Assembly: GCA_964647615.1 (NCBI GenBank)
Contig: CAZYIV010000007.1
Location: 1,950 to 65,949 of the forward strand
Direction of reading: 5' to 3'
DNA: 64,000 nt
From: an uncultured Gemmatimonadaceae bacterium
Lineage (GTDB): Bacteria > Gemmatimonadota > Gemmatimonadetes > Gemmatimonadales > GWC2-71-9
In this document: one piece after another, positions 24,434 to 31,285 of the stretch
How the letters are laid out: the number at the start of each line of letters is the position of its first letter
Position numbering within the stretch: the first letter of the stretch is position 1
Notes under the pieces: generated by a model
What the model was told of the DNA's origin: nothing
The model's database searches: none
The model's input: the letters and a program-made list of their open reading frames with translations, nothing else
Made by a program: the position numbers and the translations under genes

Positions 24434-26479
24434 ATGATGAGCCTTCCCCTCGAGGTCGCCGGGACCGCGATGATCCAGGCCGCCGGCCCCCTGCTGATCC
24501 TGCTGCTCAAGATGACGCTGGTGCTGCTCGCCGGCCTGGCGCTCTCGGCCACGCTGCGCCGCGCCTCCGCCGGCTCCCGCCACCTGGTGTGGCTGGCGGT
24601 GCTCGCCGGCCTGGCGGCGCTGCCGCCGCTCGCGGCCTGGGCGCCGCTGCCCCTCCCTATCCTGCCCGCGGAGGCCGCGGCCCCCGAAGGTGCGGTCTCC
24701 ACGGATGGCGGCGGGGCGGTGCTCACGGTCGGGTCCGGCACGGTCACCGCCGCGCCGACACCCGCGTCTGTCCCGGCGCCGGCGCCCACGCTCCCGAGTC
24801 TGGGCACGGTGCTGCTCTGGCTGTGGGCTGCGGGCGCGGCGCTGCTCCTGCTGCGCCTGGCACACGGCGCGTGGGCGGTGCGGCGCATCGTCCGGCAGGC
24901 GCGGCCGCTCGAGGCCCCGGGATGGCAGGGGCCGCTGTACGAGATCGCCGACCGGATGGGCCTGGAGTCGGCGCCGCGGCTGCTGCAGAGCGACCAGGTG
25001 AGCATGCCCTTCGCCGCGGGGCTGTTCGCCCCGGCGATCGTGCTGCCGGCCGAAAGCGAATCGTGGAGCGCCGAGCGGCGCTCGGCGGTGCTCATCCACG
25101 AGCTGGGACATGTGCGCCGGCGCGACCTGCTGGGGCACACCCTGAGCCGGGTGGTGTGCGCGGTGTACTGGTTCCACCCGCTGGTGTGGACCGCCGCCCG
25201 TCAGCTGCGCGCGGAGAGCGAGCGGGCCTGTGACGACCTGGCACTGGACTACGGCGCCCGGCCGAGCGACTACGCCGAGCACCTGCTGGACATCGTGACC
25301 GCGGTGCGGGACCACCGCACCCCGGCGGTGGCGCTGGCGATGGCGCACCGGCGCGAATTCGAGGGCCGGATGCTGGCCATCCTCAACCCGGAGCTGGAGC
25401 GGCGGGGGCCGAGCCGGTTTGCGTCGCTCTCCCTCGCGGGGTCGGTGGCGGGAATCGCGCTGCTGGTGAGCGCGGCCGCACCGGTGGCCCGGCCGGGCAC
25501 CGTCGCAGGCGAGCCGCTGGTGCTGCAGGCTCCTGCGACGCCGCAGTCGCCGGTGGCCGGCGACACGGCCGCACCCGGTCCCCGGCCGCTGCCCCAGGCG
25601 GATCCGCGGCCTCACCCCGATCCGCGGCCCCAGCCATCCCCGAGCCCGGCACCGGCGGTGGGCGGCACCCGGACCGAGACGGCCATCAACACCCGGACCG
25701 AGACTGCCACGCGCACCTCGCAGGCGGAGGCGACGATCGACCGGATGGCCGGCGATGGCCCCGACGACGAGCGGGCCGCGGTATTGGCGAAGACCCTGCG
25801 GGATGATTCCAGCGCGGAAGTGCGCCGGGTCGCCGCGTGGGGGCTGCAGCGCTACGCCCGGCTCGACGTGGCGCGCACCGCGCTGCTGGCGGCGCTGGCG
25901 AAGGACAGCAACGAGGAGGTGCGGGAGATGGCCGCCTGGGCCCTGGCGAGTGCCGGGCTTCGCTCCGGCGTCGGGGCGGCGCTGGTCCAGGCGCTCAAGG
26001 CAGAGAAGAGCGCCTCGGTGCGTGCCACCGCGGCCTGGGCGGCGGGGACGCTGGGCGACCCGGACGCGGTCCCCGCGCTGGTGCCGCTGCTCTCCGCGGC
26101 CGAGGCCGAGGTGCGGGAGCTGGCGGCCTGGGGCATCGGCAATTGCCGTCCCAGGAGCGCCCCCCCGGAACTCCTGCGGGCCCTCACCGACCAGAGCGCT
26201 TCGGTTCGCGAGGCGGCGGCGTGGGCGGTCTACACCATGAGGGATGAAACGGCCGCGCCGGCGCTGGAGCGCGCCTTCCGTGCCGAGACCGACGCCGACG
26301 TGCGCGCGGGCCAGCTGCGGGCACTCGGTTCGCTCGGTGATGCGGCGCTGCCGGTGCTGCAGCAGCTGGTGACCTCACCCGATTCCACGGTGCGGGCCAT
26401 GGCCGTCACGGGGCTCGCGGGTGGAAGCATCGGCGGTCCCTGGCCGTGGCCCATGCCGCGCCCGCGCCCGTTCCCCTGA
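24434..26479 (+). CDS. BlaR1-type M56 peptidase signal transducer with C-terminal HEAT-repeat domain
   Basis: N-terminal TM helices and the zinc motif VLIHELGHVRRRD. A further TM (LSLAGSVAGIALLVSAAAP) is followed by a Pro-rich linker and HEAT/PBS-lyase-like repeats (EVRRVAAWGLQ, EVREMAAWALAS, SVRATAAWAAGTLGD, EVRELAAWGIG, SVREAAAWAV). No penicillin-binding sensor domain is present. Confidence 0.85.
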   Translation: MMSLPLEVAGTAMIQAAGPLLILLLKMTLVLLAGLALSATLRRASAGSRHLVWLAVLAGLAALPPLAAWAPLPLPILPAEAAAPEGAVSTDGGGAVLTVGSGTVTAAPTPASVPAPAPTLPSLGTVLLWLWAAGAALLLLRLAHGAWAVRRIVRQARPLEAPGWQGPLYEIADRMGLESAPRLLQSDQVSMPFAAGLFAPAIVLPAESESWSAERRSAVLIHELGHVRRRDLLGHTLSRVVCAVYWFHPLVWTAARQLRAESERACDDLALDYGARPSDYAEHLLDIVTAVRDHRTPAVALAMAHRREFEGRMLAILNPELERRGPSRFASLSLAGSVAGIALLVSAAAPVARPGTVAGEPLVLQAPATPQSPVAGDTAAPGPRPLPQADPRPHPDPRPQPSPSPAPAVGGTRTETAINTRTETATRTSQAEATIDRMAGDGPDDERAAVLAKTLRDDSSAEVRRVAAWGLQRYARLDVARTALLAALAKDSNEEVREMAAWALASAGLRSGVGAALVQALKAEKSASVRATAAWAAGTLGDPDAVPALVPLLSAAEAEVRELAAWGIGNCRPRSAPPELLRALTDQSASVREAAAWAVYTMRDETAAPALERAFRAETDADVRAGQLRALGSLGDAALPVLQQLVTSPDSTVRAMAVTGLAGGSIGGPWPWPMPRPRPFP

Positions 26480-26486
26480 TCCTGCG

Positions 26487-26530
26487 CCCCGCAGGGTGGC
26501 CCGCGGGCCGCCCTGCGGGGTGTGCGTTTG
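26487..26530 (+). terminator. rho-independent terminator after blaR1-like gene
   Basis: Perfect 10-bp stem CCCCGCAGGG (26487..26496) / CCCTGCGGGG (26511..26520), followed by TGTGCGTTTG. Confidence 0.6.
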
Positions 26531-26538
26531 TCCTTGAG

Positions 26539-26554
26539 TGCTGAAATTTCAGCA
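26539..26554. promoter_or_regulatory. perfect 16-bp palindrome, candidate BlaI operator 2
   Basis: TGCTGA-AATT-TCAGCA ends 5 nt upstream of ATG 26560. It has the same half-sites and spacing as 23976..23991. Confidence 0.55.
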
Positions 26555-26559
26555 GAACG

Positions 26560-27921
26560 ATGACCCCTCGACTGGAGTACACGATGCTCAGACCCACCGG
26601 AGTCGGACTGGCCCTGCTCGCCATCGCCACGCCGCACGGGCTGTGGCCGGCGCCCGCGCCCGCGGGCCCGGGCGTGCGTGACCTGCTCACCGCCGCGCAT
26701 GGCGCGCCCGCCGTGCTCTGCGCCCTGGCCGCCCGTGCGGTGGACAATGGCGGCTGGGGCGGCTGGAACGACGCCCCCGATACCCCGCTCCCGCGCGACC
26801 TGCGCTGGGACCGCGCCAGTGCGTTGCGGGGAGACCTCCCTGCCGCCGACGTGCGGCTGCTGCTCGAAAATCTCGAGTCGCCGGATCCGTGTGTACAGGA
26901 ACTCGCGGTGCGGCTGGTGGCACGGGAGGACCGGGAAGAGGTGACCGGCGCGCTGAACCAGCGGCTCGGCTCGGCCGACTCCGCGCTCCGGAGCCTCGCG
27001 GCGTTCGGGCTCGGCCTCGGCGGGGAGAGGCGTGGAGCGGACGGGCTGCTCCGGGTCACCCGGGACGCGGCGGCCGGGGTGCGGGCGAATGCGTTCTGGG
27101 CGCTGGGGCGGATCGATGACGGGCGGGCGGTACGCCCGGCGATGGGCGCCCTCGGGGACCGCGTGCCCATGGTGCGGGAGGCCGCCGCGATGGCGCTTGG
27201 CCGGCTCGACTCCACCACCGCGTCGACGGCGCTGGTCAAGGTGCTGCGCGACGATGCCGTCGCCTCGGTGCGGCGCACCGCGGCGTGGGCGCTGGGCCAG
27301 CTGGAGGCACGCGAGGCCGCGACTGCGCTGGGCACCGCGCTCCGGGGCGACAAGGATTCCGGTGTACGGGAGATGTGCGCCTGGGCGCTGGGCAACATGG
27401 ACCGGGTGGACGGGACCGCGGCGCTGATCGCGGCGGCCGGCGGGGATGACGACGACAAGGTGCGGGAGACCGCGACCTGGGCGCTGGGGCAGCACGAGGA
27501 CCCGGCCTCGGCGGAGGTGCTCGGGCGGCTGGTCGCCAAGGACCGGAATCCACGCGTCCGCGCGACGGCGGCGTGGGCCCTGGGTGAACTCGAGGTGCGG
27601 CCCGCGCCGGCCGGCCTGGTGAGCGCGCTCGGCGATACCGAAACCGACGTGCGGCTCAAGGCGTCGTGGGCCTTGTCCGAGATCGAGGATGCGGCGGCGA
27701 TGCCGGCGTTGCGCCGGGCGCTGGACAAGGAAACCGACGGCCAGGTCCGGCGCGCGCTGATCCGGGCACTGATCCACTCCGGGGCGCGGACCGAGGACCT
27801 GACGGGGCTGTTGCAGTCCTCCGACCCGCAGGTCCGCGAGGCGGCGATCCGCGGGCTCGCGGGGCGGCGGGGCCCCGACCCCTGGCCGATGCCGCAGCCC
27901 CGTCCCCGGCCAATGCCATGA
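26560..27921 (+). CDS. HEAT-repeat protein (probably exported), paralogous to the BlaR1 C-terminal domain
   Basis: 453 aa. Hydrophobic N-terminus (MLRPTGVGLALLAIATP from ATG 26584 is an alternative start). About 9 repeats of the ..VR..AAWALG.. type. The C-terminal tail GPDPWPMPQPRPRPMP resembles the BlaR1-like tail GGPWPWPMPRPRPFP. Confidence 0.75.
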   Translation: MTPRLEYTMLRPTGVGLALLAIATPHGLWPAPAPAGPGVRDLLTAAHGAPAVLCALAARAVDNGGWGGWNDAPDTPLPRDLRWDRASALRGDLPAADVRLLLENLESPDPCVQELAVRLVAREDREEVTGALNQRLGSADSALRSLAAFGLGLGGERRGADGLLRVTRDAAAGVRANAFWALGRIDDGRAVRPAMGALGDRVPMVREAAAMALGRLDSTTASTALVKVLRDDAVASVRRTAAWALGQLEAREAATALGTALRGDKDSGVREMCAWALGNMDRVDGTAALIAAAGGDDDDKVRETATWALGQHEDPASAEVLGRLVAKDRNPRVRATAAWALGELEVRPAPAGLVSALGDTETDVRLKASWALSEIEDAAAMPALRRALDKETDGQVRRALIRALIHSGARTEDLTGLLQSSDPQVREAAIRGLAGRRGPDPWPMPQPRPRPMP

Positions 27922-27988
27922 CCGGGCAACGCAACCCTGTGGCCGTTCGCGCTGTCCAACTCGCTACCCCGACCCTGGACGAACGCCC

Positions 27989-30556
27989 GTGGTGACCCTG
28001 CTCGGACTCCTGTTCGTGGTACAGGCGGAAGCGATGGCCCCGGTCCGGCCGCATCCGGCCGGCCCGGGGGGCGCGGTGCCCGCGCCCACGCCGACCACCG
28101 CCTATGCGGTCCGGACCGCCCGGCCCCCGGTGCTCGACGGCCGGGAGGACGACCCGATCTGGCGCGAAGCGCCGGTGATTGACCAGTTCCTGCAGGCGCG
28201 GCCCGCCGAGGGGGCGCCGGCCCGGTTCCGCACGGAGGCGCGGATCTCGTACGACCCGCACAACCTCTACGTCTTCGTGCGGATGTTCGATCCGCATCCG
28301 GACAGCCTGATCAGCCTGCTCTCGCGGCGGGACGACCAGACGGCGTCCGATCATGTCACCCTGCTGATCGATTCGTATCACGATCGCCGCACCGGCTACG
28401 AGTTCTCGGTGAACCCGGCGGGCGTGAAGTCGGACTACGCGATCTTCAATGATGGCAACGAGGATGTCGCGTGGGACGCGATCTGGGATGTCGCCACCCG
28501 GGTGGACTCGACGGGCTGGACGGCGGAGTACAGGATCCCGCTCTCCCAGCTGCGGTACTCGACCCATGGCGACGGCACCTTCGGCATCCTGATCTGGCGC
28601 GTCATCGAACGCTACACCGAGACGGTGACCTGGCCGCTGTTCCGGCCCTCCGCCAGCGGCTTCACGTCGCAGTTCGGGGAGCTGCGCGGGCTGACGGGGC
28701 TGGGGAGCCCGGGGCACGCCGAACTCACGCCGTACTTCGTCACCAAGAATGAGGAGATCCCGGGCAGCGCGTCGCACGCGCGGGACCAGACGCTGACGGT
28801 GGGCGGCGACCTCAAGTACCGCTTCGGCTCCAATCTGCTGGTCAACGCGACGGTGAACCCCGATTTCGGCCAGGTGGAGGCCGATCCGTCGGAGCTCAAC
28901 CTGAGCGCGTTCGAGACCTTCTTCCAGGAACGGCGGCCGTTCTTCGTGGAAGGGAAGGGGCTGTTCACCTTCCCGGTCAACTGCGTGGTGGTGGTGGACT
29001 GCAACACCGGCGAGGGGCTGTTCTATTCCCGCCGGATCGGGCGGGCGCCCCAGCTCGCGGGGGTCAACGGCAACGCCGCCTCGCCCACCTCGACCCGGAT
29101 CCTCGGCGCGGCGAAGGTCACCGCCCGTACGCCCGGGGGTTTCTCGCTCGGCGTGCTCGACGCCGTGACCGACCATGTGGACGGCCCCGGCCGGGCCACC
29201 CTGGAGCCGACCACCAATTACGCGGTGGTCCGGGGCAACCAGGACTATCACGGGGGGCAGGGGAGCGTCGGCTTCATGCTGACCGGGGTGAACCGGTCGC
29301 TCGACCGGAGCAGCGAGCCGTACCTGCACCGCAACGCCTACGCGGCCGGCTTCGACGTGCGGCACCGGTTCGCGGGGCGGTTCGAGGCCTCCGGATCGGC
29401 CGACGTGAGCCGGGTGAGCGGCAGCCGGGAGGCCATCGCCGCGACCCAGCGCAATCCGGTGCACCTGTACCAGCGCCCCGACGGACCGCTCACCTTCGAT
29501 TCCACCCGCACCTCGCTCAGCGGCACCAACATGGAGGTGCGCTTCGCCAAGGTGGGCGGACGGCGGCTGCTGTTCGAGACCGCCTACCAGCGGCGCACGG
29601 CGGGCTTCGAGTTGAACGACCTGGGCTTCCTGCGCCAGGCCGACCAGCAGGCGTGGACCTCATGGGCCAACCTGGCCTGGCGGACGCCGAACCGGGTGTT
29701 CCAGATGTTCCGCTGGAACTTCAACAACTGGGAGTACTGGACCTCATCCGGGCTCCCGACCGAGCGGGCCTTCAACACCAACATCCACACCCAGCTGACG
29801 AACAACTGGTGGTTCCACCTGGGCGGCACCCTGGGGCAGCTGGGGGCAACCTACTGCGATCGCTGCGCCCGGGGCGGGCCCGCGGTGCGGCAGGATGCCT
29901 ACCTCTCGCCGTGGGGCGGGATCGAGGGCGACAGCCGCAAGTCCATCATTCCGTACTTCTGGGTGAACGGCTTCACCGGGGATGGCGGCCGCTCCAGCTC
30001 GATCAGCTTCCAGCCGGAGGTCGAGTTCAAGGTGGCGAGCCGGTTCAACACCACCCTCGGGGTGAACTGGCGCCGCAACCGGGATGACACGCAGTACTTC
30101 GGGACGTTTGCCGATTCGGCGGGGGCGGATCACTACACCTTCGCCCACCTGGAACAGAAGACCCTGAGCCTCACCTGGCGGCTGGCGTACACCTTCACGC
30201 CGAACGCCTCGCTGCAGGTCTACGCCTCTCCGTTCATCACCAAGGGCACCTACAGCCGGGTGCGGGAACTGGACCAGCCACGGGCGGCGAACTACGACCA
30301 GCGGTTCCAGCCCTACGCCGATCCGGCGGTGGCGGCCAACCCCGGCGGCTTCAACTTCCAGCAGTTCCGCTCCAACATGGTGTTCCGCTGGGAGTACCGG
30401 CCGGGCTCGACGTTGTTCCTGGTGTGGAGCCAGGGCCGGGAGGATTTCACCAGCCGCGAAGGCCGGGATGGCTTCCGCGACAACCTGGGCAACCTGTTCG
30501 ACCAGCACGCGAACAACACCTTCCTGGTGAAGCTGTCGTACTGGTTCGCGCGGTAG
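27989..30556 (+). CDS. CBM9-like / DUF5916-family protein (putative outer-membrane barrel)
   Basis: GTG start. N-terminal region PPVLDGREDDPIWREAPVIDQFLQARPAEGAPARFRTEARISYDPHNLYVFVRMFD...DYAIFNDGNEDVAWDAIWDVATRVDSTGWTAEYRIPLSQLRY matches the carbohydrate-binding-family-9 pattern. The long beta-rich C-terminus ends in ...FLVKLSYWFAR. Confidence 0.7.
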   Translation: MVTLLGLLFVVQAEAMAPVRPHPAGPGGAVPAPTPTTAYAVRTARPPVLDGREDDPIWREAPVIDQFLQARPAEGAPARFRTEARISYDPHNLYVFVRMFDPHPDSLISLLSRRDDQTASDHVTLLIDSYHDRRTGYEFSVNPAGVKSDYAIFNDGNEDVAWDAIWDVATRVDSTGWTAEYRIPLSQLRYSTHGDGTFGILIWRVIERYTETVTWPLFRPSASGFTSQFGELRGLTGLGSPGHAELTPYFVTKNEEIPGSASHARDQTLTVGGDLKYRFGSNLLVNATVNPDFGQVEADPSELNLSAFETFFQERRPFFVEGKGLFTFPVNCVVVVDCNTGEGLFYSRRIGRAPQLAGVNGNAASPTSTRILGAAKVTARTPGGFSLGVLDAVTDHVDGPGRATLEPTTNYAVVRGNQDYHGGQGSVGFMLTGVNRSLDRSSEPYLHRNAYAAGFDVRHRFAGRFEASGSADVSRVSGSREAIAATQRNPVHLYQRPDGPLTFDSTRTSLSGTNMEVRFAKVGGRRLLFETAYQRRTAGFELNDLGFLRQADQQAWTSWANLAWRTPNRVFQMFRWNFNNWEYWTSSGLPTERAFNTNIHTQLTNNWWFHLGGTLGQLGATYCDRCARGGPAVRQDAYLSPWGGIEGDSRKSIIPYFWVNGFTGDGGRSSSISFQPEVEFKVASRFNTTLGVNWRRNRDDTQYFGTFADSAGADHYTFAHLEQKTLSLTWRLAYTFTPNASLQVYASPFITKGTYSRVRELDQPRAANYDQRFQPYADPAVAANPGGFNFQQFRSNMVFRWEYRPGSTLFLVWSQGREDFTSREGRDGFRDNLGNLFDQHANNTFLVKLSYWFAR

Positions 30557-30571
30557 GAGGCGGCGCCCGGC

Positions 30572-31285
30572 TCATCCCTCCATGAGACGGTAGCCCACGC
30601 CCGGTTCGGTGCGCAGCAGCGCCGGCCGGGCGGCGTCGTCTTCGAGCTTCTGCCGCAGCTGGTTGACGTAGACCCGCAGGTAGTGGTTCTGGTCCTGGGC
30701 ACCGGGGCCCCAGACCTCGCGCAGCAGCTGCCGGTGGGTGAGGACCCGCCCGGCGTGGCGCACCAGCACTGCCAGCAGGCGGTACTCGGTGGGCGTGAGC
30801 CGGACGGGCCCGCCGTGCCGGGTCACCTCCCGCCGCCCCAGGTCCACGCGCACGCCATGGGCCTCGAACACGGACCCGTCCGGCGTGCCGGCCCGGGCGG
30901 CGCCGTGCCGCAGCGCCACCCGGATCCGGGCCAGGAGCTCGCCGATGCCGAAGGGCTTGGTGAGGTAATCATCAGCGCCGGCGTCGAGGGCGTCCACCTT
31001 GTCCTGCTCCTGGCCCCGCGCCGAGAGCACGATGATCGGCACGGCGCTCCACTCCCGGATGCGGCGGGTGACCTCCAGGCCGTCGCCGTCGGGGAGGCCC
31101 AGGTCGAGCAGCACGACGTCCGGCTTTCGTCCGGCCGCCTGGGCCAGGCCCTCCCGCGCGGTCGCGGCCTCCACCAGGGTGACCGGCTCGGTGGCGAGGG
31201 CGGAGCGCAGGAATCGCCGCATCGGGCCCTCGTCCTCGATGAGAAGGACGGTGACCGGCGGCGCGCCTTCCTCGGCGAGGATCAC
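30572..31285 (-). CDS. kdpE: KdpE response regulator (OmpR family)
   Basis: GTG start overlaps the kdpD stop (GTGA). Receiver motifs VLLIEDE and DVVLLDLGLPDGDG. Winged-helix LTPTEYRLLAVLVRHAGRVLTHRQLLREVWG...LRVYVNQLRQKLE. Confidence 0.9.
   Translation of the reverse strand: MILAEEGAPPVTVLLIEDEGPMRRFLRSALATEPVTLVEAATAREGLAQAAGRKPDVVLLDLGLPDGDGLEVTRRIREWSAVPIIVLSARGQEQDKVDALDAGADDYLTKPFGIGELLARIRVALRHGAARAGTPDGSVFEAHGVRVDLGRREVTRHGGPVRLTPTEYRLLAVLVRHAGRVLTHRQLLREVWGPGAQDQNHYLRVYVNQLRQKLEDDAARPALLRTEPGVGYRLMEG

Noticed and set aside
26536-26548. GAGTGCTGA resembling the right half of the HrcA CIRCE operator (GAGTGCTAA)
   Set aside because: There is no matching left half (TTAGCACTC) at the 9-nt spacing. 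The sequence is fully explained as part of the TGCTGAAATTTCAGCA palindrome shared with the blaI promoter.
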